From Nemertoderma westbladi (Eukaryota > Animalia > Xenacoelomorpha), in contig JAUCBJ010007163.1 in NCBI GenBank assembly GCA_032718475.1, positions 1 to 64,000 on the forward strand: DNA of 64,000 nucleotides, written 5' to 3'. Under the pieces are notes generated by a model that did not search any database, was not told the origin of the DNA, and saw only the letters and a program-made list of their open reading frames with translations. The translations under genes and the position numbers were made by a program. Of the stretch, positions 23,814 to 37,400 are shown in pieces (the first letter of the stretch is position 1; each line of letters opens with the position of its first letter).

Positions 23814-26800
23814 CCTACCGTTTTTATTGTCTGGGTTCGGCCTATTGGATGTATTGGGGTTATATTTATTCGTGTTGTTATTTTTTCCCTGCCCGGTTTT
23901 GCCCTCGGCTACTTGTGGACTCGCAGTCCCCTGCGTTGCTGCATATGGCAGTGATTGCCTGAGCTTTGGTAATGCATTCGAAGCATTGTGCTCTGGTTTC
24001 GGTCTGTTGTAATCCGTTTTTGATCCCTTTCCCAGACTATCCTCGCTATAGACTGGGTCGGTTATTAATTCAGCTTCATAGCTTAAGAAGCTCGACATTT
24101 CCTCTAAACCCGGTTCCGCACCCTTTTTATCTCGAGTGGAGAAAGCGACTCTCCTCCACTTATTGCGCAGCCAGATCGGCAGTGCCTGCACTATCGTGGT
24201 GATGTTGTTGGACGCGTTGAGCTCGTATGGTGCATCTAGCGTCTTTAGCACGATCAGCGCCTTTTCGACTTTGTTAGCGAACGTCTTAATGCTAACGGGA
24301 TTATCCTGTAGGCCACCCGTTGTTATACCTCTCAGGGTTTGCCTGATGATCTTAGCTGGGTGCCCGTATTCCCTATCCAGTGCCCGCCATGCCGTCGTGA
24401 AGCCGCCTTCTATACCCTGGTATTGCCTCACGATGTCGTATGCTGGGCCTCCTGTGTATACTTGCAGATACTTTAGGCACTCTGCCTGCGTCAAGTTCTT
24501 TGTTAGTATTTCGTTACTGTACATGCGCCGAAACTGTAGGTATTCTTCCGGCCTACTCCCATCGAATTTGAATGGTTCCACGGGTGGTAACTCGATCCTA
24601 GTTTTTAACGCATCGATTAACGTGGCCATTCCCACCGCTTGCGCCTCCAATGGGTTCGATGGATGTTGCATAGTTTCTCTTGTTTGGTGCGGTCCGTCCG
24701 TTCTATTTTCTATCTTTCTCTGACTTGGGTATATCATTGGGGGTAGCGGCCCCCTCCATATTTCTGTGTCGCATGACTTATTTTCATCCAAGGGGCTCGT
24801 TGTTCTTGCTCCTATTGGGGTATATTGTTGATATTGTGATGGGGGAATGTCACCCTGTCCCCCCCCCCCCCACCGGTATGTTTGGTACTGGGGTTGATGT
24901 TAATATATTGGGGCCCATGCACCTATCTGCAATAATTCCCCCCTCCCCTGGGTATATGTTATATCCTTTGGTGCTGTAGTCATACTGTTGCACTGGTACC
25001 GGTATAGGCCTATCAGCTTCTGGCCTACCTACCGGAATGTATTCCGCGACTTCCGGGTTTAATCCCGTCGTCCGCGCTATCCTATCACCTACATTGCCTC
25101 TGTCAGCATGGCCTATGGTATGTGCAGTAAGGCCTACAGTATGTCCTACAGTCTGTATGTATTGCTCAGGATCGAAGTTTATTCTTCTCGAATAATCCTC
25201 CCCGCGGCTACCGTATCCTCGATCGGCAGGTACATCCCGTCGGAAAGTTTCTCTTCGACCCCCTCTACTGCTCTCATCTTCGTACCGGTACATCGTGAAC
25301 CCCTCTCTCGACGCGTGGTGCGCCTCGTCGGGTCGCGTCTCTCCGGGACGACGGCAATCTCCCGAAGCTCGACCCCACCGGCTCTCTCCTTCCATCTCAA
25401 CCACCGACGGCTCGCTATCCGTCCTCGCTCTTCTATCGTTCGCGGCGATACTTCTCTTACTGTCTTCCCTTCTTCTCCTTTCAGTGCAGTATTCCCGCTC
25501 GTGAGATCTCTCGTCGACCTCCCGGTTGAACTCCACTGTTATTCTTCCCTCTTCTGATCGGGCTCGACGCTTCGTCCGCCCTCTCGCGACGTCAACCTGC
25601 CTCTCTCTGCTCGATCGCACGCCGCTGGGGATACTCGCAATCCCCTTAGTACTCCCCATCGCCGGGTGTTGCGGTTTACCTAATTCGGCCCGCGCATTAT
25701 TCGCCGACGCCTGTGGGACACTCTCTGCCCCCACTCTCTCGCTACTAATGGGGTGTCCGTAGCCCCCCCCCCCCCCCCCCACCCGCCACTTCTAACTTCA
25801 CAACCTCTTACTACACCTCTACACCCCTCTTGTTGGGCATTCTCTGCCCCCCCCCCCTTCTCGCCGCTAATTTTACGTGGTGGGGCGCCCATAGCCCCCC
25901 CCCCCCCCCCACTCGCCACATCTAACTTCACTATCTCTTACTTCGCTTCTACACCCCTCTCCCGTCGACACAATGTTTCTACTACGGCTGGGTCCAATTA
26001 CCCCCGCCTCTCTCTCTACTACTACCTGGCCTACCAGGCCTACTTCGGGTTGGCTCAACCCCACCGTTTCCGGCCTACTAACTACGAGGCCTACCAGGCC
26101 CCCCTCGGGTTGGCTCAACCCCGCCGGTTCCGGCCTACCAACTACGTGGCCTACCAGGCCCTCACCCGCCGGGCTATGTACGTCCGACGCGTTTACATTA
26201 ATAGCATTACTGTGATTGTTTCCTAGTTCACCCAAATTATTTTGTGCACCAAAGTTCGAAACATTATCTTGCGTGATAATATTATTTGAATTATTTTGTA
26301 AATTCGAACTCGGATTATTATTTAGATTATTTGGATTATTCTGCCTGATAACATTATTTGAATTATTTTGCACATTAACATTAGAATCGTTCGGATTTAA
26401 ATTTAAATTATTACTATTAGGTAAAGTATTTCCTGCAATAAAGATTTGGTTAGAGTCACTCAATACAGTACTATTAATATTAACGTCATCTACTGTAATA
26501 TTATTATTACCCCCCCCCCCCCCCCCCCCGCCCGTACGGTCACACCAGTTTCGGGTCTGTCGTGCGGTCCCTGTAAGTGGGGTATTAATAAACGTATCCA
26601 CGGCCCTTGGCCCCTCGAAAGTATTCGAGCCAGCCTCGCTCTCAGACGCCCCCATCTGCGCTAGCTCCAGTTCGCGCGTGTGTCTAGCTTTGTACTCTAT
26701 AAGCCCAATTTGTTGTTTCTCCAATTCCTTTTGCTCTCGCTCCGCTCTTGCCATTCTCTCCTCACACTCCCGCGCGTCCTGGTCGGCCAACTCTGCCACT

Positions 26801-28004
26801 CTCCTAACTCTCTCCCTTCGCCTCGCCTCACGCTCCTTGCGTTCCTTTTCCTCTCCCGCCTCACGCTCCTTACGTTCCGTCTCACGCTCTTTGCGTTCCG
26901 CCTCACGCTCTTTGCGTTCCTTTTCTTCCCTCGCCTCACACTCCTTACGTTCCTTTTCTTCCCTCGCCTCACGCTCCTTACGTTCCGCCACACGTTCCTC
27001 TTGTTCCTTCCTCTCTATTTCCTCACACTCCCTAAGGCTTCTCGTGGCCCTTTCGGCCCTCTCTCTAGTCTCTCTAATCAGCACCATTTCTCTTTCTAAC
27101 AGCACCCTCCCTTCCTCTAGCCGTTTATCTACTTCTTTATGGCCTTGTGCTATTAGACCGAGTTGGTACGTGGCGTTTATCTCTCTCACCCGTCTTTCTT
27201 TCACGGAGGATGTAGCAGACTTATCAGTTATGACGGATTCCCTCCGCCTTCCTGATCTACTAACTCTCCCCCTCCTCCCGGAACTCCCTCCGACCGACGA
27301 GACTGAATCCTCGGGGTCAACCTCGGATTCGCCCTCCTCAGGTCTCTTCCAACCCACTAATTTTATACCCTGGGCACCGACTAAGTATGGCCCTACGTAC
27401 ACTGCACCAGGGTTCATATCCCTCTGCCATAGGTCACACAGTTCCTTGGCTACCCCTCTCGCTCTCTCTTCGGCCGTTTCTCTCTGTCCGAATCGCATTA
27501 AATAGTTAAAATGCCTATTCGACTCACCTAGTCCTCTCTTGAGTTTTACCTCGTCTATCGTCGCCCCTCCTCTGGCCTCCTCTAATAGTCTCCGGGTCGC
27601 GATGTAAGCCCGTCGAAGTCTCTCAGAAACCCCGACGTCCTCGTCGCCGACCTCTCCTCTGTCTCTCCGGGTCCGACGTCGTACCGGCGGCCCCACCGTC
27701 GCCGTTCCGGTGGGCCGTCCGTCGCCCTCGGCCTGTGGCGGGCCGGCGACACGGCACGTTGATCGTCGTCGCGTGTCGACTCGTCTCTTTCTCCCTCTAA
27801 CTCATTCTCTCGATCCTCCAACTCGACTCCCCCTCCTCTCGACTCGACTTCTGACTCCAGGCGGCCCCCCTCATCCTGAACTTCCGGGTCACCCGTTACC
27901 GATGGCTCCGGTGTCGTGGGCCTATACCGCCTGGTCGCGGCCTCGCGGATCGTTTGTTCTTCGTCCGGGGTCCGCGTCGGTGTTGTCTCACCTGACCGAC
28001 TCAT
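23814..28004 (-). mobile_element. Truncated second-family BEL/Pao element: long gag broken by frameshifts
   Basis: ORF to 24791 has LPPVEPFKFDG...Y..F, L.YL..YT.G.A, AW..L..EYG, LP.WLR.KW, L..F...EA....DPVYS (DUF1759-like gag). Upstream same-strand ORFs (24850-25782, 25873-27696, 27582-28004) are low-complexity and coiled-coil, and mostly break at poly-G runs. Cut off by the LTR of copy A. Confidence 0.8.
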
Positions 28005-29029
28005 CTCCGTTAACTCTAGATTGGTGGCTGGTAATCGCTGGGTTTAGTTGACTAGGGGAACAGCTCGGATTTAATTACTGTGACGGGATCCAGGAAGGAT
28101 CCCGATTTATCCGGTTATTTAGTTCACGCGTCCCCGCCGTGTGTGAAAGATAAAAGGAGTTTGTGTCGTTCGTCGTATATAATAATCGGCTGCACGGGTA
28201 TATAGATATAGGTATAGATTGCTGTACACGGAAGGCGGGTTAACGGTAATTAAAGTCCCCGACACTTCCCTAACTAAACTTACTAACCTAGCTAGCACCA
28301 ATATGACACTGAGATAACTGAATGACTGATTATTGGGTAACTGGTTATATTGCACGGGTGGCCTTATTGCTGTACTCACTCGGTGCCTTTCCCCCCTCTG
28401 ATTGGTTTATGCCCCTGTTGGCGCCTTCTGGAGTGTTTCCCTTCACTCCACCTGTTCTCTCTCTGTTAGGGGTTTGGCCCCTGACCCTCATTGTGTGCTT
28501 TTCCCTCCCACTTTGTTGGGGTGACACGAGTTGGTTATTACCCAACCTCGTGGCCCCCAATATTGCTTATCGGCTTAACTTTATGGGGTGTTAGCGGGAT
28601 TGAATAAGCTAACATAGAAAATAGTAGCCCAATTTCTACCTGGCGTTCATAATGTGAAATTATCGTTACACCCATCACCATGGAAACGGGATTGAAAAAA
28701 AGTATACCTTTCCAATATTTTGATTATACTTTTATCTCCTTTACTCGCCTTCCAAATCACAAGAAAAGAATCCCCCATCGTCTTGAATTACAGACATGCA
28801 AAGTTTGTACTTTGTACACGGTTACCTTGACAACAACAATATAAAAATTCCAGAAAGACATTTTATTACATTTCATTGAACCCTAGTCATCATATCCACC
28901 TAAGAAAAGTAGCATATATAAGAAGTTTCTAAGGAAATATTATGAAAACAGAGACATAAATAGGGAAAAGATCGGCCTCCGCTAATTTCAGCAATCCGCT
29001 CACTGCATGACCTGTTATTTAGTACACCT

Positions 29030-29432
29030 TGGTACAAACGTACTAACGTACGCCATCAGACATACATATGTCTGATGAGTACACCTGTACTAATGTACAT
29101 AGAAAGTACGTCTTATGAGTACACCTGTACTAATGTACATAATTACATACGCACTAACACTGGGTCAATGGGACCAATAGTAGTACATAATACATATTAT
29201 TTTAGGATTACAAGGTACATAGTACCATATTTAGGATTAGAAGGTACATAGTACTATATTTAGGATTAGAAGTGTACATAGTACCACGTTTAGAATTAGA
29301 TGAGTACACATTACATATGTCCAATGAGCACTATGTGCTAACGTACATAATACATACTAAATCCGGGTAAATGGGACCATATGCACTAATGCCGGGTCAA
29401 TGGGACCAATAATAGTACATAATACGTACAAT
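29030..29432. repeat. Degenerate minisatellite cluster (GTACATA, TTTAGGATTAGAAGGTACATAGTAC and GGGTCAATGGGACCAAT units)
   Basis: Several short units are repeated 2-4 times each. Confidence 0.7.
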
Positions 29433-30133
29433 AGTGGTGCTGAGGACGCCACGTGACGAGTTGAGGGGGATATGAAGGCGTGGTAGGATTGATAATGTAG
29501 GCCGCAAGAACTAGACTACTATAGCGTATAACACAGAGTGCAGACTTAGCGATGAACATATAATATGGTGCAATGCAATCAGCACTCCAATAAACCATAT
29601 AGGATAGTGAATTGAGAGAAAATATCCAACCGTTAAAATTTATCATTTTTTCATCGGACACCGTGAAAATGTAGGGGCTCCCACCGAAAAGTATCAATCT
29701 GGTAAAAATATAAATATTGCAAAAAGGTGCGCCGAGAAAAGTTATGAAAATGTCATGGAAAATCTGGGAATCTAATCTGCGCTTCTATGTGAGCCGCGGG
29801 CTCGGGCGCGGCGCGGGCGCGGGCCGCGGGCTCCCTCTAGTGATTCTGAGACTCCAAAGTCATCAGCAAATTCTAGATCATTTAGGGTTGACCCAGGATT
29901 AACCCTTAAATAAAAATCGTAGGCTGACTATACCTTTTTAATACTCCATCTGGAGTATTTATTATCTATATGGAGCATAAATAAACAAATTAATCACTGA
30001 AATTAATTTGAAATTAAACGAAACAAAATTAGAGAACAAGCCTACTTAAATTATGATAATTTATCATATTGAACTGATTGAATGATGGCTATATTTGTAA
30101 ACAATTTCCATGACAACAGAGAAGCCTAATGGT

Positions 30134-30415
30134 CTAGTACCAGTAGACCACGATTGGTGTCAGCAGTAGAGCCATAGAGAGAGAGGCGATCTTTGGAGCA
30201 GCATTACAATAGTCCTTGTCGTTGCAACAGAGAACGGAATCCCTATCTGGTGTTTTTGGGTAGTTCTTATGGCAGGCCGCTTTATTTACCCACATACACT
30301 CTTGGTATCCCTCCAATAACTTGTAATTCTTCCATGTCTTCGGGGGCTTCCATTTCTTTCGTCTGCCGCCTCTGCCTCCTGCAGCTCTACGTTTGTAGCG
30401 TGAGAAACGAGACAC
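30134..30415 (-). CDS. Terminal coding exon of a Ly6/uPAR three-finger (quiver/sleepless-like) GPI-anchored protein
   Basis: C...C...CCNDKDYCN followed by AA and a hydrophobic tail (GPI-signal-like). Splice acceptor TTATATGTGTAG immediately upstream (AG at 30417-30416). Confidence 0.75.
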   Translation of the reverse strand: MSRFSRYKRRAAGGRGGRRKKWKPPKTWKNYKLLEGYQECMWVNKAACHKNYPKTPDRDSVLCCNDKDYCNAAPKIASLSMALLLTPIVVYWY

Positions 30416-33400
30416 CTACACATATAATAAACAAATACAAGGAACACAGTACTACACTAGTGTCATGTTCCTCTAAAAATAATGCGCCACCTAGAGGTCT
30501 GTAAGTGGATTTTAGAGGCCATTATTACCCAATAAAGATTTTAATATTTAATTTATTTTCATTTAGCAAATAAAATGGTTTGTTTCCAACCTAAAAATGG
30601 AGTCGTACATCAATAAACGGGTAGCGACTTACAGCGGTGGGATGCGGCGTTGTCTGAACAGCGCGATGGCTCTTATTGGTTAGTATTATAACGCTGCACA
30701 GCAGTAGGTTACATATGGAAATGCCGCAATGCGACTTTCATTTTCTGATTCCTTCTGACTTTTGCCCAAGACCATCAGCGGCCAGAAGATTTTCAAACAC
30801 AGTAAATTATCTTAGCTGCATGCACCACTAACTAAATGCAACACTCATCTATCTTTGCTTACTGCATTTCATCAAACCATCTGCAGTCTGCTAATATCTG
30901 ACTGCTGAGTAACTGCCGGCACCACATATTTTAGACTGATTTATATTGTTATTCATTGTGTTTGGTAACCTATTTAATGGATGTTATATTTGGAGAATAC
31001 ATATGAATAATCAATACTCCCCACTAACTTTCTTTATTATTGAGGTAAGCAGAAGGGAACATTAGTAACAATTGCTTGGCTCAAATTACAGTGGTCTGTA
31101 TGAATTTTATCCTATTACATAACCCAAATGTAAGCGAGCTGAATTTCTCCGTATATATGAGTAAAATAAGTAACAGTCGGCAAATTAACGTCTTTCAGTG
31201 TTATCGACAGTAAAGTGAGTGTGAGTGAATGAATAATACTAAATTCCTAAAGAATGTAAACTGTGTTCATAATCTTCTGTTGTAATTAGTATAAGTCATA
31301 ACTCTGTCTCATATTCAAAGCGCAGCATCTAAAGGAACTGGTGATATTCCCCTGAAAATAAACATAGTAATAATAATCGAATAATACAAAGTAGTCTACA
31401 TCATCTTCGGCTATAGAATTCAGTCTCCCACGCATAGTGGGTCATACGCCTCGCTGGACTGATTTCTAATGTGGTCATATTTTGTGTGGACAGTCAGAAA
31501 ACCTAAGGCACATAATTTTACAGGTTAAACTGTTAAAGGTCTAAAAGCGCGAGTACCTGTAACTTTGGTCGCTACCAATACTACCTCCCTGTATGTATAA
31601 TATGTGTACTACGCCCTCATGGCTGTATTTCTATTTTTGAATTACGATTGGGGTGGGTTATCTTTTAGATCCCAGACTGCCAGTCTGTACCTTTGGATCT
31701 ATTGATTCCTCCTTATGAAATCTGCATCAAACGATATCATAAGACTGTGTAAAGCTTACTATCTTTTCTCTCTGCTCTCGAATTTTATGGTACCCTTCTA
31801 TACCCTGCTTTTCTTCCTTTTTATGTACAGAATACACACCCTGTCCAAACTCATTGTACTAACGAATTCTGCCTCCCCCCTGGATGGCCTTACGAACATT
31901 CGAATTCAGCCCCCACAGGTCTTTCAAAGCTTCAAATTTATAAGAAATCGAAAGTTATAGTAAGCACTATTTATGTATGTACTTTCTATGTTATCTTGTC
32001 TTTAGTTGATTGTGTAAATGTAGTTTATACCGATATTACAAGAACTGTCTCTGCCTCAGTTCTATCAAGAAATTGAAAACCTTGGAAGGGACATTGAACT
32101 TTGACATACATATTTGTTACAAGAGTTTTTAGGTGAGACTGGAGTTTTTCGAACTGGTTTTGGATACAGGAAGAGAGGATCAGCTTGAGGAGAAACATAT
32201 TGAAATTGATGAGAGAAAGGAAGCAGCTTTGGTGTAACCTGAAACTCAGATACTCATGACTGATCTCTACTCGAAACCCATCATCCATCCTTCGATGATT
32301 CCGCAGTTCAGGAACCAACTATTTGCTACAGCACAACCTCAACCAGTCAATACAGATCTGCGATCTCGCGAGCTTATCACTGATGTTACAGCGTCTTCTG
32401 ATCGAAACTGCTCGTGTGGACGGTGTACTCTTTGAACCTACGGACAACCGAGCACACCTGGTTTATCGCATGGTACATGAGATTAACATGCGTGCTCGAC
32501 CCTTACAAAACTCATTTTGCGGGATCAGGGATCATCCTTATTATGTCCATTTAGCTCAATATTACATGATGAAACCCGAAGACCCTGCGCACAGTCTGAG
32601 AATTCTTCCTTTAATAAATCCCCTTGATCTCGTCGAGCTGGAACAGCTTAAAAAATAAACAGTTAAAGTGAACTCATTCAGAAAACCATATAAAATTGCG
32701 AGAATAAATAATAGTGTACTTCCTCCATATAATCTTGAAGGATTTATTAAAACTGGATTAGTACATTGGAACTTGGACGTGTTGTTCGAGAAAGAACGCA
32801 TACAGTGTTATGGAGAAGAAAATATGCATACCACATATTATTTAAAATATCGAGATTTACCTAATGCCAGTGAGAGAGCGACATTATGGCATCCTGTAGA
32901 TATGACATTAGAAAAGGCCACGGCTGAATGAAACGAAACTCATAATATTATTGAAATGTATGGTGTTGTGAAATATGATAATGAAGGTAGTATTCCTGTT
33001 GGAGAACTCAGTACCACTCGACTTATCCATTTTCGAGGATTAGCTGGTTCTACCCATGTCTTTACTCGAGCATGTTCCTATGCGCCTATACTACTCTTTT
33101 GAAAATCTTACAGAGATACAAAAGAGACTCCAAAATGGACAATTTGAACACTGCATTACTGCATTACTTGATCAACACGAAACGGAAACCGGCTCTGGGA
33201 ATAGAGGGTTCTATGCTTCCTCAACCCGTGCTCGAAATGCTATTCAACGAGAGAATAATCAAACTCGGTTCCGCGATCAATGGAGATCTTTAGAACAATT
33301 TTAGAAATATGAAAAATATCCCACATCCTTTCGTCGACACACAGTTAATAGCACCTTGGGCAGAAGGTCGAGGATTCTTCTGAACTATGTACGCTACTAC

Positions 33401-34457
33401 GCTAAGTGGGATAAATAAAGTCCAGCAAACTTCCATCGGATACCTAGCATTCCAAGAATATGGATGGAATTTCAAAATGGGAAATCCACTTAGTTATCAA
33501 CAGATTTATGGTGATCATTATTCACGTTTATATTTTGATGGACCATTGACAGCGCCTGGAGCGGTTTTATGAGCGTTCCCTTCAGTCCTTCCTTGGCCAT
33601 CTATACCACATTCGAAAATACCACAATTTCTGGATGGTTAACCGAAGTGTGATGCCGAACCACATGTTCCCACCCACTTATCCTGGGAACTAAACTTGCT
33701 AAGTTAGATGAACATAACAATCATCCGAATCGAATGTTTTAGGCACTGTACATTTCAGAACATTGATAGTCAGTTTAAAGATGATCCACTGACAAACTCA
33801 GCCTGCGAGAATCTGCCGCTGAGAAATTAGATAGTGCCGGATTCGCTATCTTTATTTAAAGACATTTGCATTCAAAATATACATTCCCCAGTTCTACAGT
33901 GACCTAAAATCCCTTTGGGATATTCTGTCAAGGAAATTCAAACTGTAGACTCTTTAAAGAAAATGACTACATCTATTGAGGTTCTCCAGACCAAAGATGA
34001 ACCTGTATGTTTGGAAGCGGATGAGATCCAACCAACTAGTTCCAGGAGTAATGATGATGATCACACGCTGGAGTGGTATCAAGGCCCTCAATGTCTTGAC
34101 ATTGAAGGTGTAGACGAGTTAATTGTGCTTTGATACATCAGAGCTTGGGAAGCCAGTGCAGATCTTCACTGCAAGTCGCGCCATTGGTATTACCCAGGAC
34201 GTGCATACGATGGAGTTTATGCATTTCACCCATATCTCTTTCCCCAAGTTGAGCAAAAAACTTGTATTCCCAGCTATGAATTAATTAAACGCATTGGTGA
34301 TTGTATCTCCACCAAACACATCCGAAAATATTTGAGAAATATTAAGCCATATAATATTGAATCCTATCATTTAATCAGCTTTATTAGTAGAGACCCCGAG
34401 TACGGTGAGATGTTTGTAAAGGCGCTCCCCGAGTTACAAGAAGTCTACGCAAGTACA

Positions 34458-37400
34458 TAAAAAAAACGTCAGAAAAAGTCACACCATCGGGAATTTCTAT
34501 TATATTCCCGGAGCCGGGTAGCACCGGGATGGACCGCACTATACTACTCTGTACCGGTACAATTTGTGTTACTGACATAGGCCTATATGAATGGTGATTT
34601 TAGTATTCTGTAAATTCTACAATTATCTAAGTTTAAACTCGCTACAATAACTTCATTAATTCTGTTCCTATCATGGTAGTAATACGTCGTGACTTGGTTT
34701 TCTTCATACCAGTAGTGGCGGCGTTGCTCCTACTGGTTAATGCACTCGTATTTCCAGTGTCTGAAGTAATGGCGGAGAAACAAACTCAACGACGGCGAGG
34801 ATGTGCTGATAAGGAATATTCCCTAAGATGCATGTATCAGAATGTGCGCTCGCTGAATGAGAATAAAGTGTATGCTGTTAAAGAGGACATAATAGCTAGA
34901 ACGCTAGACTTAGTATTCATAGTCGAGCTATGGAACAACGTTGAGTTCTTGAATCTCGCCACTCCAGAGGATTACTATGATCAGCATTTGACGAGGAAAG
35001 ACCGTACTGGAGGAGGGGTGGCCATTATAGAACACAACTCGGTGAAACTGCGAAAAATACCCATCCCGGCTAATGAACAGTTTGAATCCTTGCTTCTAGC
35101 AACCGACAAAGACTTGTTCATGGTCGTTCATCGCCTCCCAAATAGTAAAAGGTATCTAACTTGAATTGTCAAGTATAAGAAAATTATTGATAGTACATTG
35201 GAAGACATGTCGTTAAAGTTCGACACAATTACTATTTTTGGCGATGCGAATTTATGGTTAGAATCTGATAAGTCGTTCCAATATCTATTGGAGACACACG
35301 GTTTCGATTTCAAGAAGACGGGTCCAACGCATAAGGACGGTCATACTCTAGATTTTGTAGCTAGTCTGGGCTATAAAATCGCTGATGTTGATCTGGATCC
35401 TATAGACGAAGTGTTTAGTGATCATGCCAGTATGTGATGGATATCGAATCTGTCCAGAAATGTCTCTAAATCTTATGAGGAATGGAGAAGTTTTCGAGCC
35501 TGGAAAAACTTTGATAAGGTTAATGGATTGGATAAGAGTAGTGGAGATTTAACATGCAAAGGGATTAAAGCGTGGGTAAAGAACCTGAGGAATTTGTTTG
35601 AACGACATGTTCCCATGAAAGAGAAGATTGTAAAGATCAACACTAGACACTCGAAAAGCAGGGAGGAAGATATGGAGGGGATCCAGACTAAACAGAAGGA
35701 GAAGAGACGGTGTGAACTTGCGTTTCACAAAGAATTGACTGAGCAGAACAAAGTTAATTTAAATATAGCAAAGTCTGACCTAGCGAAATTGCTTCGCGAT
35801 TCTACAAGGGCGTTTTACTGCGATTATATTAATACCAATTCGACTAACTCAAAACTTCTGTGGAAACAGTTTAAAAGGTTATTGGGAAAGGGAGGAAACC
35901 TTGTTTTACCGACTAAGCATGGCAATAGTGCTGAGTTAGCAACAAAGTTCTCACATTTTTTCACTGAAAAAATTAACACTATTATGTTGACATTCAATAC
36001 GAGCAGTCGATGTAATAATCTCCCAAAATTGTATAAAACAAACTTTTGTGAATTTCAGCCTTTTCAAGAGGAAGACTTAGCTCAACTCATAAGGAAGATG
36101 TCAAATGCAACTTGCAAACTGGACTGTATGCCAATGCCTTTATTTAAATCAATAATTCCCATTGTTATTCAGCCCTTAACGATGTATATAAACATGGTTT
36201 TAGCAGATGCGGAATTCCCAGCCTTTCTTAAACTGTCTATCGTAAGACCTCTCTTAAAGAAACCAGAGTTGGATGCTGAGATATTAAAAAATTATCGACC
36301 AGTGTCAAACCTTAGTTTCTTATCTAAGGTAGTTGAGAAAGTGATACTTTATAGAGCTACACCACAGCTAGCTTTTCACCAGACACTGTCTGGTTACAGA
36401 AGGCACCATTCCACTGAAACTGCTAATCTATTTCTTCTAAATAAATTTCTTAAGGGAATAGAAAATCAACAAGTTACTTTGTGCTCCTATATTGATTTGA
36501 GTGCGGCGTTCGACACTGTCCATCACAAAAACCTTATATTTAAGCTCAGTAAAGAATTTGGGTTCACTGGTGCTGCACTTAATCTCTTTGAGTCCTATTT
36601 AGCTGACAGACATCAATGCGTGAAAATTGATGAGAGTACATCTGATAAAACATTGCTTCAAACCGGCGTGCCTCAGGGAAGTATCCTTGGGCCAGCACTT
36701 TATAATGCGTATATGACTGACCTGTTCTGGTGTGTGGATGCATTAGGAGTGAAAGGTGCTAACTATGCTGATGACACACAATTCTTTGTGACTGGATATG
36801 CTGAAGATATAGAGACCCTGAAGACTCGTATCACTGCTGTGCTACATATTGTTGCTGATTGGATGGACGTTAATCACCTACACATTAACCCAGATAAAAC
36901 TGAACTGATTGTATATGGCACGAAACAACAAAGAATGAAGATACCTCTGAATGCTAGAACAATTGTATACAGAAACGTTAAGATAGATTTCTCTGATAAG
37001 GTTAAATCTCTCAGAGTTGTGTTTGATAGTGAATTGAAATTTAAAGATCAGATAGTAGCAACAGCAGCGAAATCGAAATATTATATCCGGTCTTTGTATA
37101 AAATTCAGCCTTACCTTACAACTTCAGCTCTAGAAACCCTAGTCCACGCATTCATAACCAGCAGAATCGACTATTCTAACGCTGTCCTTAAAACATCCGC
37201 TAAATCAGTAGTTAAACGTCTACAAATGATACAAAACAGTGCTGCAAGATTGGTTACTCATTCTCCGCAATATCGTGTTATCAATGGACAATACAAGTAC
37301 ACTTCGGCAACGGCAATGCTGAAATCCCTTCACTGGCTGCCCATTGAATCACGGATTAATTATAAGCTTGCTTGTATCACATTTAAATGTCTGTCTGGGA

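Noticed and set aside
26216-27505. 429-aa plus-strand ORF
   Set aside because: Antisense shadow of the low-complexity E/R- and N-rich gag ORF; no independent motifs.
28540-28562. Possible tRNA-Pro-like PBS (TGGGGGCC) for the second BEL element
   Set aside because: Short match only, and no LTR ending in CA could be delimited next to it.
29790-29835. GC-rich palindromic stretch
   Set aside because: Real inverted repeat, but no boundaries or function could be supported.
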